From Candidatus Latescibacterota bacterium (lineage in GTDB: Bacteria > Latescibacterota > UBA2968): a stretch of 64,000 bases of DNA. A program made the position numbers and the translations under genes. The stretch is taken from the NCBI GenBank assembly GCA_965198115.1, contig OZ240241.1, positions 5,152,001 to 5,216,000 on the forward strand, written 5' to 3'. The notes beneath the pieces are model-generated. The model was not told where the DNA came from. It made no database searches and saw only the letters and a program-made list of their open reading frames with translations. Below, piece by piece: positions 50,508-60,076 of this stretch; the first letter of the stretch is position 1; each line of letters opens with the position of its first letter.

Positions 50508-51746
50508 ATGACGAAAACAGCCATCCACGACCTCGCGGACTATGACCGGTACTGCGAAGGACGTCTCGAAAACCCCTATTCGCTCTACGATCGATTACGC
50601 ACCGAAGATCCCGTTCACTGGAGCGATCGACTCGAAAGCTGGATGCTCACCCGCTACGATGATGTGCTTTCCGCCAATCGAGACCGGCGTCTGGCTTCTA
50701 ACCGCGTGTCAGTGAACATGGGCGCGCTGACTGAAGCCGACCGAATGAAATACAAAGGATTGGGCGATCATATTTCGAACTGGTTGGGGTTTACCGATCC
50801 CCCCAAACACACCCGAATGAGAGACATGATCGGCCAGACGGTCAACCAGGACCTGGCAGAGACAATGCGAGGACGTATCCGCAAAATCGTCGACGATCTG
50901 CTGGACAAAGCTCAGACGAAAGGGGAGATGGATCTCGTCGACGACTTCGCCTATCCACTTCCGGCCAATCTGATCTGCGATATCCTCGGCATCCCGGGCG
51001 GTTATCGAAAACAGTTCAGGGGCTCGATCGAAGACCTGACGGCGTTCGTTGGTGCAGTCGGTCCGGCCCTCACCAGGGTTGCAGAAAAAGCGGAGCAGAG
51101 TCGACGAGAGCTGACCGCTTTCTTCGGGGACCTCGCTTCCCAGCGTCGCCGGGAACCGCGACAGGATCTGATCAGTGCCCTCGCGGCGGTCGAGGGGAAA
51201 GAAGACGGCCTGACCGAGGATGAAATGATGGGCCTGATCGTCTTCATCTTTGACGCCGGCCACGACACAACGGCAAGTTTCATCGCGAACGGCGTGCTGT
51301 CGCTCCTGAGAAATCCCACGGAAATGGAGAGACTCCGTCGGGACTCCACTCTGATGGAAACCGCCATCGAGGAATTCCTACGATACGAAAGCCCGATCCA
51401 ATTCGATACGCGCCTGGCCACGGCCGACCTCGAGATCGACGGCAAACGAATCCGGGCCGGACAGACCGTCATCCTCGTGAGGGGCGCGGCCAACCGGGAC
51501 CCGGCGCAGTTTCCCGATCCCGACCGCCTCGACGTGGGGAGGCGCGACAACAAGCACCTGGCCTTCGGATGGGGCGCTCACTTCTGTCTGGGCGCGCCCC
51601 TGGCTCGTGCGGAGGGGGAAATCGCAATCACCTCTCTGCTCGATCGGTTTCCAAACATGCAGCTCAAAACCGACAAGATCGAATGGCTCGAAAACATGAG
51701 CCTGCGATGCCCACGGGCCTTGCCGATGACACTCGGGGGAGCTTGA
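50508..51746 (+). CDS. Cytochrome P450
   Basis: Motifs DPPKHTR.R, AGHDTT (I-helix), EEFLR, AANRDP..F..PD and FGWGAHFCLG (heme Cys). Confidence 0.96.
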   Translation: MTKTAIHDLADYDRYCEGRLENPYSLYDRLRTEDPVHWSDRLESWMLTRYDDVLSANRDRRLASNRVSVNMGALTEADRMKYKGLGDHISNWLGFTDPPKHTRMRDMIGQTVNQDLAETMRGRIRKIVDDLLDKAQTKGEMDLVDDFAYPLPANLICDILGIPGGYRKQFRGSIEDLTAFVGAVGPALTRVAEKAEQSRRELTAFFGDLASQRRREPRQDLISALAAVEGKEDGLTEDEMMGLIVFIFDAGHDTTASFIANGVLSLLRNPTEMERLRRDSTLMETAIEEFLRYESPIQFDTRLATADLEIDGKRIRAGQTVILVRGAANRDPAQFPDPDRLDVGRRDNKHLAFGWGAHFCLGAPLARAEGEIAITSLLDRFPNMQLKTDKIEWLENMSLRCPRALPMTLGGA

Positions 51747-51748
51747 CG

Positions 51749-52759
51749 ATGGAGCGACGATCGATCGGGCACACGGACATTGAGGTGTCGCCCGTCGCCC
51801 TCGGAGGTTGGCCCATCACGGGCATCACCAGCCTCGACGTGAACGAGCCGGACAGCCTGGCAACGATCCGGGCGTGCCTCGATCACGGAATAAACTTCAT
51901 CGACACCGCCTACTGCTACGGCGCCAATGGCGAAAGCGAAAAGCTCATTCGTCGCGCCCTGGGCGATCGTCGGGACGAGATGGTCATCGCGACAAAGGCG
52001 GGCGTGCACTGGGAACCCGACGGTCGCCAGACGCACGACGGCCTACCGGATACGCTCAAACGGGAATGCGAGGAAAGCCTGCGGCGACTGGGCACGGACC
52101 GGGTCGACCTCCTCTACCTGCATCGTCCCGATCCCGATGTTCCCGTCGCCGAATCGGCGGGTGCGCTGTGTAGCCTGATAGAAGCTGGAAAGGCGAAGTC
52201 AATCGGCGTGTCGAACTTCGGTGTGGAACACCTCGAGGCCTTTCACGCCGTCTGCCCCATCTCCGCCTATCAGCCGTGCTACAACATGCTGCAGCGGGAG
52301 ATCGAAGCCAGCACCCTGCCCTGGTGCCGTGAGCACGATGTGTCGGTCATGGTCTACTGGCCGCTGATGCTGGGATTGCTGGCCGGCAAACTGACACGGG
52401 ATCACATCTTCCCTTCTCGCGACGGGCGGGCGAAGTATCCTATGTTCCAGGGCGAGGAATATCAGAAAAACATGGACTTCGTGGAGCGGTTAGGCGAGGT
52501 GGCCGATGAAGCAGGTAAAACCGTCGCGCAGGTCGTCATCAACTGGACGACCCACCAACCGGGTGTGACCGTCGCGATTTGCGGGACTAAGCGGGCGAGC
52601 CAGGTGGCAGATAACGCTGGTGCGATGGGCTGGGAACTTTCGTCCGATCAGCTTGCGCACATAGACCGAGCCCTGGACGACAGAGGCGAACCGGTCACCG
52701 TCTCCCCAACCCCCGCGATGAGTGCCCGGGCAGATGGAACACCTGGGCGCGTCGAGTAA
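51749..52759 (+). CDS. Aldo/keto reductase
   Basis: Motifs GINFIDTA..YG, SLRRLGTD.VDL..LH.PD and IGVSNF. Confidence 0.92.
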   Translation: MERRSIGHTDIEVSPVALGGWPITGITSLDVNEPDSLATIRACLDHGINFIDTAYCYGANGESEKLIRRALGDRRDEMVIATKAGVHWEPDGRQTHDGLPDTLKRECEESLRRLGTDRVDLLYLHRPDPDVPVAESAGALCSLIEAGKAKSIGVSNFGVEHLEAFHAVCPISAYQPCYNMLQREIEASTLPWCREHDVSVMVYWPLMLGLLAGKLTRDHIFPSRDGRAKYPMFQGEEYQKNMDFVERLGEVADEAGKTVAQVVINWTTHQPGVTVAICGTKRASQVADNAGAMGWELSSDQLAHIDRALDDRGEPVTVSPTPAMSARADGTPGRVE

Positions 52760-52866
52760 AATCCCGTGCTCATCTCTTCCTAACGCATCCGATCGAAGGA
52801 ACCCGACGCGAGATTGGAAAGTGTCGCAGAAGCCCCGCTCATCCACACATCCTGGGGGGACTGGCC

Positions 52867-53658
52867 TTGCAACTGACTGACCAGCAACTGAACCATTTTC
52901 AGACATTCGGATTTCTGATCTTTCGACAGCTTCTTTCGCCAGACGAGATAGCCCGATATGGTGTTGAATTCAACACGGGTCTGGACACGTGGCTCGATGG
53001 CGGAGAGCACGATCGAAAGGAGCCCCACTACGCTTCGCTGATGGAAGAAGCGTCCCCCTTCATCGCGTCGTTGGCAGACGACCCGCGCTTCGCCGACGTT
53101 GCGGAACAATTGTTCGGGAAAGCGATGATGTGTATCGCAGTGGACGGGAATTACATGGTGGGCGACACGAAGTGGCACCCCGATACAAATTCGCTGGACT
53201 ACGAAGCAGTCAAGTTCTGCGTCTATCCTGATCCGTTGAACGCAAGCAACGGTGCCCTCCGCGTGATCCCGGGCTCACATCGGGAGCCCCTCCACAGCGC
53301 GCTCAGCCGCGATCCCCAAACCACGTTCGGCCTTTCTCCAGCGGATCTACCTGCTTACGCCTTCGAGTCCAGCCCGGGCGACCTGATTGTCTTCAATGTG
53401 GGAGTATGGCACGCGTCGTTCGGAGGTGGGAATCATCGCCGACAGGGCGTTGTCGTCTACTACGAAGAGCCCGACACGCCGGAAGCGACCGAAAAGGTCC
53501 AGGAACAGATGCACGGCAACCACAAGATGTTCGCGCGAAAGGGTCGGAACATGTACGGCGATCACTGGCGGTCCATTGACGATCCCCGACACCAACGGTG
53601 GCTTCGTCGCCTGGATGAGCTCGGCGTGCTCGAAACGCCGTCAGAGGAAGAGATTTAG
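52867..53658 (+). CDS. PhyH-family dioxygenase
   Basis: Motifs TFGFL, WHPD, GALRVIPGSH, WHAS and RR. Confidence 0.88.
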   Translation: MQLTDQQLNHFQTFGFLIFRQLLSPDEIARYGVEFNTGLDTWLDGGEHDRKEPHYASLMEEASPFIASLADDPRFADVAEQLFGKAMMCIAVDGNYMVGDTKWHPDTNSLDYEAVKFCVYPDPLNASNGALRVIPGSHREPLHSALSRDPQTTFGLSPADLPAYAFESSPGDLIVFNVGVWHASFGGGNHRRQGVVVYYEEPDTPEATEKVQEQMHGNHKMFARKGRNMYGDHWRSIDDPRHQRWLRRLDELGVLETPSEEEI

Positions 53659-53706
53659 CGGGAAGAAGAAAGCTACCGACCTGAGGCCAGAGACAGATCG
53701 GTGCCT

Positions 53707-54498
53707 CTATTCAGGACCTTCCGACAATACCGGGAAGATTTCTCCCTCGATAGGATCCCCTTCCTCAAACCCTATAGGCACCGTCAGCGGGTCTCCCCAC
53801 TGATTGTGCGTCGTGCCATCGGGCATGTAAACCATGATCATCGCCCGGCGTTCCCGGTCGGACCGGTTAGCGGTCCCCTGGTGCAGTGTGCGTGCATCGT
53901 GGAAGGTGCAACTGCCTGCCTTCATCCGCACGACGTGAGCCTCCTTGCCCTCTAGTTCGGGATACGCACGATACATATCCTCGGTCGTCGTGTGGTTGAT
54001 ACCACCTTGGTTTTCGAACGGGGGCAGTTTATGCGAACCGGGAAAAAAACAGAGGGTGCCGTTGTGTTCATCCACATCGTCCAACGCCATCCAACAGGAT
54101 AGCGCACCGGCCTGCTGCATGGGGAAATAGGGTAGATCCTGATGCCACGGCGTGGGCAGGCTTTCCCCAGATTCGGTCGTCTTGATCATCAGATGATCGT
54201 GGAATAGCCGAATCTTCTTCGTCCGCGTCAGACGTCTGGCCATCTCGGCGAGCCTTGAATTGAACACGAACCGCCGGATGCCCTCGTGGTCTCTCCACAG
54301 ATTCAACCGGTGGACCTGCAGAATCCGGCCATACGAGTCATCCTCGTGTCTCTCCACTTCATCCATCGCCTTGTCCAACTTCATCTGGCGCGCCTGCTCG
54401 ACCGAAGTTCGGAGATCCTCCAGTTCCTCCTGGGTGAGCGCATCGTTCACCTGGAGGAATCCATTCTCTTCGTAAAACGCGATCTGTTCTTCAGTCAT
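53707..54498 (-). CDS. PhyH-family dioxygenase
   Basis: Motifs ENGFL, TPWHQD.PY, WMALDD, PGSH and LHQG..N....RR. Confidence 0.92.
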   Translation of the reverse strand: MTEEQIAFYEENGFLQVNDALTQEELEDLRTSVEQARQMKLDKAMDEVERHEDDSYGRILQVHRLNLWRDHEGIRRFVFNSRLAEMARRLTRTKKIRLFHDHLMIKTTESGESLPTPWHQDLPYFPMQQAGALSCWMALDDVDEHNGTLCFFPGSHKLPPFENQGGINHTTTEDMYRAYPELEGKEAHVVRMKAGSCTFHDARTLHQGTANRSDRERRAMIMVYMPDGTTHNQWGDPLTVPIGFEEGDPIEGEIFPVLSEGPE

Positions 54499-54546
54499 CC
54501 GAGGTTCCTCCTGAAGAACGCGCTCACGTGTGCCGGCCTTGAGTCG

Positions 54547-55722
54547 CTAATTCCGCCTGATCGACCCGACATCCTCCCATCGCTCCGTATCCCACGACCG
54601 CTGAATGGCTGCCTGGACACCGGCCACACTTAGCGCCTCCTCGAATCCAGGCTCCCCCTGCTTCCCGTCGACGATGGATCTCGAAAACTGATAGGCTTCG
54701 ATCAGCTTGAGATCTTCGTAGCTCATACTCGAAGCAGGACCCGGATAGAAATGCGTGTAGTGAGGGTGATCCGGTCTTACCTGGATATTCGTATGGCCAT
54801 CGTGGCCCCTTTCTTCACCCGGCAGATAAAGATCCAGCTCGTTCATCCGCTCGAAGTTCCAGCTCAGCGCGCCCTCCGTGCCATTCACCTCGAACGCCAT
54901 CTCGCATTGGGGTCCATTCACTACCCGGCAGGCTTCCAGCGTACCCTGAACCCCATTCTCGAATCGCAGTAGCGCACCGACATAGTCCTCGTTCGTCACA
55001 TCGACCATCGGGGCATCCGTGCTGACGCTGAAATGCGTCCCTTCGCCGGGAGTCGCGGTTGGTCGCTGGGGAATGAACGTCTCTTGATTGGCGACAACGC
55101 GTCGAATCGGCCCCGCTATCGTGTGGGCCATGTCGATCGTGTGGGACATCAGGTCGCCGAGGGTCCCGAGCCCCGCGAGATCGCGATCGAAACGCCACGA
55201 CAGAACTCCGTGTGGGTTGCTGCCATATCCTACCAGAAACCGTCCTCGGTAGTGGGTCAATCTTCCGAGCCGCCCATCCCGGACTAGCCGACGGGCGTGC
55301 TGCACCACAGGTGCCCAGCGGTAGTTGTAGCCGACACCGGTCAGGACGCCTGCCCCTCGTGCAAGCTGCTCAATCTCAGCGGTCTCCTCCGGAAAGCACC
55401 CCACCGGCTTTTCGCAGAAAATGTGTTTTCCCGCTTTAGCTGCTGCACGCACGATCTCGAGATGCACGTTGTTCGGCGCCGCAATGACGACCACGTCCAC
55501 TTTCGGTGAGTCGATCACCTGGTGCCAGTCTGTCGTGAAGTGCTCGAAATCGAAAAGCTCCCCCACGTGGCTGGCGCGCTTTTCCACCTCGTCGGCGCAC
55601 ACAACCAAACGGGTCCGGATGCCGCTTTCCGGAAAGCGACTGGGAATCTGCTGATATGCACGGCTGTGGACGGTGCCCATCCACCCCATTCCGATCACGC
55701 CCACGCCGATCGGCCTGTTCAT
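54547..55722 (-). CDS. Gfo/Idh/MocA family oxidoreductase
   Basis: Motifs GVIGMGWMG..H, GKHIFCEKP, GYNYR and GTLGD..SH.ID. Confidence 0.92.
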   Translation of the reverse strand: MNRPIGVGVIGMGWMGTVHSRAYQQIPSRFPESGIRTRLVVCADEVEKRASHVGELFDFEHFTTDWHQVIDSPKVDVVVIAAPNNVHLEIVRAAAKAGKHIFCEKPVGCFPEETAEIEQLARGAGVLTGVGYNYRWAPVVQHARRLVRDGRLGRLTHYRGRFLVGYGSNPHGVLSWRFDRDLAGLGTLGDLMSHTIDMAHTIAGPIRRVVANQETFIPQRPTATPGEGTHFSVSTDAPMVDVTNEDYVGALLRFENGVQGTLEACRVVNGPQCEMAFEVNGTEGALSWNFERMNELDLYLPGEERGHDGHTNIQVRPDHPHYTHFYPGPASSMSYEDLKLIEAYQFSRSIVDGKQGEPGFEEALSVAGVQAAIQRSWDTERWEDVGSIRRN

Positions 55723-55879
55723 GGCTCGCACTCTCCTCTTTCGGCGTCACATTTGGCCGTCATCATTTTCTCGACGTTCGGCCATCCATATCGCATCTTG
55801 CTCTGCCGCTATATACGGAATGTTGCCGGCAAGAGCGAATCGCTGAGAGGCCACACCCTCAATCAGGAAGAGGTTGAAA

Positions 55880-56743
55880 ATGGCAAGTCCCACTAGCGAA
55901 TCCCTTCCCCATCCCAGAATCGACGATCGGGACTGGACCCAGCTCACCCTCGGCCAGCAGATCCAGCACCTCGAAGTCGAAGGCTATGTCATCCTGCCGG
56001 AGCGACTGGATGCCGATCACATTGGACGGCTCAAAAAGCAAACGCCGCTGTTCGAAACCATCCACACAGACTACAGCGTGCATCAGCGGAGCACGGGGGG
56101 CATCCAGTTCGCCGGAGGCGCGATCACTGAACTTATCGCGTATCCCCCGCTGATCGATTTCCTTGGAGTTCTCTTTGGCGATGAAATGGTCTGCATGTCC
56201 TACGACTATGCCCGCTCCGAGCCCGGGCATCCCGGCATCAGCCTGCATTGCGACGGCCAGCCCTGGGGATCGCACATCTTCGCGGCAGAATACACCTGCC
56301 CGAAACTCGTGCGCGTCCTCTATTACTTGGACGAGCTGATTCCTGATGTGTCTCCGTTCAAGGTCATCCCGCGCTCCCATCTCAGCTATCACAACGAGGC
56401 CAATCCATACCTCCGTTACGAAACACATCCCGAAGAGGTCATGGTGACCTGCAAGGCTGGCTCGATTCTACTCATCGACAACTGCGTGTTCCACGGCAAC
56501 TACGCCAACACCGGCACGTATGCGCGAGACGCTCTTCAGCTCTCCTATCGGCCTTCCTGGGCGGGACCGATCGACGACATCGAACCGTGGGACCCGGAAG
56601 AGGTCGCAAAACTTCCTCCCGAGGTCCAGGCGCTGATGGGCGACCGCAGCGGCCGAATATGGATTCCCGAAGGCGGCAACAAGCCGCCCGGCATGCGGAG
56701 CGAAGCACCGGGCATCGACCCCAGCCGCTGGAACCGAACATAG
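55880..56743 (+). CDS. PhyH-family dioxygenase
   Basis: Motifs VEGYV, LHCD, IPRSH, FHGN and a downstream Arg. Confidence 0.85.
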   Translation: MASPTSESLPHPRIDDRDWTQLTLGQQIQHLEVEGYVILPERLDADHIGRLKKQTPLFETIHTDYSVHQRSTGGIQFAGGAITELIAYPPLIDFLGVLFGDEMVCMSYDYARSEPGHPGISLHCDGQPWGSHIFAAEYTCPKLVRVLYYLDELIPDVSPFKVIPRSHLSYHNEANPYLRYETHPEEVMVTCKAGSILLIDNCVFHGNYANTGTYARDALQLSYRPSWAGPIDDIEPWDPEEVAKLPPEVQALMGDRSGRIWIPEGGNKPPGMRSEAPGIDPSRWNRT

Positions 56744-56767
56744 CCGACAACTCTGAGGTACGAATCG

Positions 56768-57559
56768 TTGCGCCTGACCGACCAACAGATGAACCACTTC
56801 GACACCTTCGGGTTCCTGATCTTCCGGAAGCTTCTCTCGCCCGATGAAGTAGCTCGATACAGCCGTGATTTCGACAACGGTCTGGACGCGTGGCTGGACG
56901 GCGGCGAGCACGACCGCAAGGAGCGCCACTACGCGACGCTCATGGAAGAGGCGTCCCCCTTCATCGCATCGCTGGCTGACGACCCGCGCTTCGGCGACGT
57001 TGCCGAGCAGTTGTTCCAGAAGGCCATGATGTGCATCGCAGTGGACGGGAGCTACATGGTCGGTGACACCAAATGGCATCCCGACACCAACTCGCTGGAC
57101 TACAAGGCGGTCAAATTCTGCGTCTATCCCGACCCGCTGAACGCGGACAACGGCGCCCTGCGGGTCATCCCCGGCTCGCAGCGGGAACCGCTCCACAGCG
57201 AACTCAACCGCGATCCCCAATCCGTTTTCGGCCTCCCACCGAACGAGCTGCCGGCATACGTCTTCACCTCGGAGCCCGGAGACGTGCTCGTGTTCAACGC
57301 TGGCCTGTGGCACGCGTCCTGCGGCGGCGGCGATCATCGACGGCAGGGCGTTCTGGTCTACTACGAAGAACCGGACACGCCGGAGGCGACCGAAAAGATT
57401 CAGGAACAGATGCGCAGCAACCACGCCATGTACGCCCGGAAAGGCCGGAAATTCTACGGTGACCACTGGCGGTCCATCGACGATCCCCGCCACCAGCGAT
57501 GGCTTCGGTGTTTGGACAGTCTCGGCGTACTCAATACGCCGAAAGAGGCAGAAGCGTGA
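56768..57559 (+). CDS. PhyH-family dioxygenase (close paralog of 52867-53658)
   Basis: Same length (263 aa), about 80% identical by eye. WHPD and WHAS motifs. Confidence 0.88.
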   Translation: MRLTDQQMNHFDTFGFLIFRKLLSPDEVARYSRDFDNGLDAWLDGGEHDRKERHYATLMEEASPFIASLADDPRFGDVAEQLFQKAMMCIAVDGSYMVGDTKWHPDTNSLDYKAVKFCVYPDPLNADNGALRVIPGSQREPLHSELNRDPQSVFGLPPNELPAYVFTSEPGDVLVFNAGLWHASCGGGDHRRQGVLVYYEEPDTPEATEKIQEQMRSNHAMYARKGRKFYGDHWRSIDDPRHQRWLRCLDSLGVLNTPKEAEA

Positions 57560-58761
57560 AGATAACCGACCTGAGGGTCCGAGAAGTATCGGTCCCCCGC
57601 ATCTACGAGACGCACGCATCGACCACGCGGCGATTTCAAACCGACGACGACCACGCGCGTTCCCGATATCAGATCGTCGAGCTCTTCACGGATGATGGCC
57701 CGGTCGGTTTAGGCGAGGTATCCGATATGGCCGGTCGGATGGACGCCCTGTCTGCCGTGGAACTCCGAGCCTTGCTTGCAGATGTCACGTTGGGCGCCGA
57801 TCTGGCACAGTGGAGAGAAATCTACGCACGCGCAGCAAGCGCACTACCGAAGTCATACCATCCCGAACTAAGGGGACTGACTCTATTCGCCTTAGAGATC
57901 GCGTTGCTCGATCTGGTTGGAAAGAAGTATGATGCGCCACTGTATGAACTCCTCGGTGGCCGTGTTCACGATCACATCGATGTCTCCTGGGTCGCCTTTT
58001 TGAGGGGCGATGTGCCGCTCGAGGAAGAGCTCGAAAGCCTGACCAACGAGATCAGGGAGAAGGTCCAGCAGGATTTCAGGGCGTTCAAGCTCAAAGTCGG
58101 TGAAGATCACAGCAGAGACCTGGCGCGGGTCGAGCTTTTCCGACAGATCGCGGGCCCTGACGCCTACCTGAAAGTTGATGCAAGCGGCGTGTGGGAAGAA
58201 GGCGAGGCGATTCAGAAACTGCAGGACATGTCCGAAGCGGGCGTGGATGCCTGCGAGACCCCCCTCGAAGCAGTCAGTCGCCCCGTTGCCAATGACAATC
58301 CGGAACAGATCAACGCGAATGCGGACGATGTCGCTAGGGCGCTTGCCCGCGTTCACGAAGTGTCCCCCATTGATATCATCGAGCACGTCGCCGATCTGGA
58401 CGATGGATTCTCTGCCGCCCTCGCAAGGCACAGGGCGGTCGACGTCATTAACGTCATCCCTTCGCAGGGCGGAGGCATCCTGAGAAGCCAGCGTCTCATC
58501 CACGTGGCAGAGGCGGCCGGTGTGCCCGCCCTCCTTGGCAGCACCATCGAGATGGGGCCTGGCACGGCTGCATTCGTACATCTCGCCGTCGCGTCCAGAA
58601 GCTTGACCGTTCCGTCGGACCTGGTCAGCCCGGGCCTCCTCGTCGACGACATTTGCACCGTGCCATTCCAGTTCGAAAACGGCACCCTGAGACCCTTTGA
58701 GAAGCCCGGATTGGGTGTTGAACTGGACGAATCGAAGATGGCGAAGTGGGCCATCGACTAG
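57556..58761 (+). CDS. Enolase superfamily (muconate cycloisomerase/MLE-like)
   Basis: Motifs MKITD, GLGE, EIALLDL.GK, LLGG, FKLKVG, VDA and PGLGVELD. Confidence 0.85.
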   Translation: MKITDLRVREVSVPRIYETHASTTRRFQTDDDHARSRYQIVELFTDDGPVGLGEVSDMAGRMDALSAVELRALLADVTLGADLAQWREIYARAASALPKSYHPELRGLTLFALEIALLDLVGKKYDAPLYELLGGRVHDHIDVSWVAFLRGDVPLEEELESLTNEIREKVQQDFRAFKLKVGEDHSRDLARVELFRQIAGPDAYLKVDASGVWEEGEAIQKLQDMSEAGVDACETPLEAVSRPVANDNPEQINANADDVARALARVHEVSPIDIIEHVADLDDGFSAALARHRAVDVINVIPSQGGGILRSQRLIHVAEAAGVPALLGSTIEMGPGTAAFVHLAVASRSLTVPSDLVSPGLLVDDICTVPFQFENGTLRPFEKPGLGVELDESKMAKWAID

Positions 58762-59926
58762 TGTCACGTCCCGCGTATAAGCTTCAAAAGTTTATGGACT
58801 TTCTCGAGGATTGAATCTGCCGTGGCGGTCCAGACGAAGGGTGTAGAATTCTCGTTGTAGTGATCAGTGAATTTCTTGATGCAGGCGATCAGGTCCTTGA
58901 CGCTTCTGAAGGTGCCTCGTCGAATGGCTCTTTGGGTGATGATACCGAACCAGATCTCTACCTGGTTCAGCCAGGAGGCATATGTTGGTGTGTAGTGCAC
59001 GTGATATCGTTTCCGTGAGGCGAGCCAACGCTTGACGTTCGGGTGCTTGTGCGTGCCGTAATTATCGACGACCAGATGGATGTCGAGATCCTTTGGGACG
59101 TTCTTGTCGATGTGCTTGAGGAACTGAAGGAACTCTTTGTTGCGGTGTCTGGGCTTGCACTGAGTCAGAACTTTGCCGGATGCGATGTTGAGCGCTGCAA
59201 AGAGGGTGGTCGTGCCGTTCCGGATATAGCTATGAGTGACGCCCTCGACGTATCCGAGACCCAAAGGAAGAATCGGTTGTGTCCGTTCGAGTGCTTGAAT
59301 CTGGCTCTTCTCGTCTACACAGAGCACCATCGCGTTGTCCGGTGGGTTCAGGTATAGACCGACGATATCCCTGACTTTCTCGACGAAGAAGGGATCGTTC
59401 GACAGTTTGAAGTGCTTCTGTCGATGCGGTTGCAGTCCAAAAGCTTTCCATACACGTTGAACCGAGGACTTGGAGAGCCCCGTCTCGTCGGCCATCGAAC
59501 GACAGGTCCAGTGGGTGGCACCCTTCGGTTGCTTCTTGAGCGTCTTGTAGATGAGGGAGGAGATCTCTTCGTCGCTGACCGACCGTGGCCCTCCAGGACG
59601 CAATTCGTCATACAGTCCCATCAAGCCTTGCTCGCAGAAGCGACGACGCCACTTGCCGACAGACGCTCCGGACAACCCGACTCGTTCCGCGATCTCCTGA
59701 TTGGTCAGACCGCAATCGCTCATCAAGACGATCTTCGCGCGACGCACCAAAGCGTGAGACATGCTACGCGAACGAGACAATGACTCGAGTTGATCGTGGA
59801 CCTCATCACTGATGTTCAGTGGCTGTAACGGACGACCTCTAGCCATCGGTTCCTCCCAAGAATGAGTGCTTGAGGAACCATACGACAGAATCGAATATTT
59901 TTCTAGTTATTCCTGGGACGTGACAC
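58761..59926 (-). mobile_element. IS630-family element
   Basis: IRs GTGTCACGTCCC and GGGACGTGACAC. TA duplication within CTAG at 58759-60 and 59927-28. Confidence 0.93.
58764..59846 (-). CDS. IS630-family transposase
   Basis: HTH, CVDEKSQIQAL.R, VDNY.THK and SWLNQVE.WF. Confidence 0.95.
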   Translation of the reverse strand: MARGRPLQPLNISDEVHDQLESLSRSRSMSHALVRRAKIVLMSDCGLTNQEIAERVGLSGASVGKWRRRFCEQGLMGLYDELRPGGPRSVSDEEISSLIYKTLKKQPKGATHWTCRSMADETGLSKSSVQRVWKAFGLQPHRQKHFKLSNDPFFVEKVRDIVGLYLNPPDNAMVLCVDEKSQIQALERTQPILPLGLGYVEGVTHSYIRNGTTTLFAALNIASGKVLTQCKPRHRNKEFLQFLKHIDKNVPKDLDIHLVVDNYGTHKHPNVKRWLASRKRYHVHYTPTYASWLNQVEIWFGIITQRAIRRGTFRSVKDLIACIKKFTDHYNENSTPFVWTATADSILEKVHKLLKLIRGT

Positions 59927-60076
59927 TAGTGGCCTGTCACATAAAGTCGCACTGTGGAAGGACAAGGAGCAAGGTCACTTCGAGCACCTCGAACTGACGC
60001 CGCGAGGAAACGATGCCAAGAAAGACAGCATGACTTCCGTTACAATCGACTAGGAGCGGATCAGCTGAAAACATCT

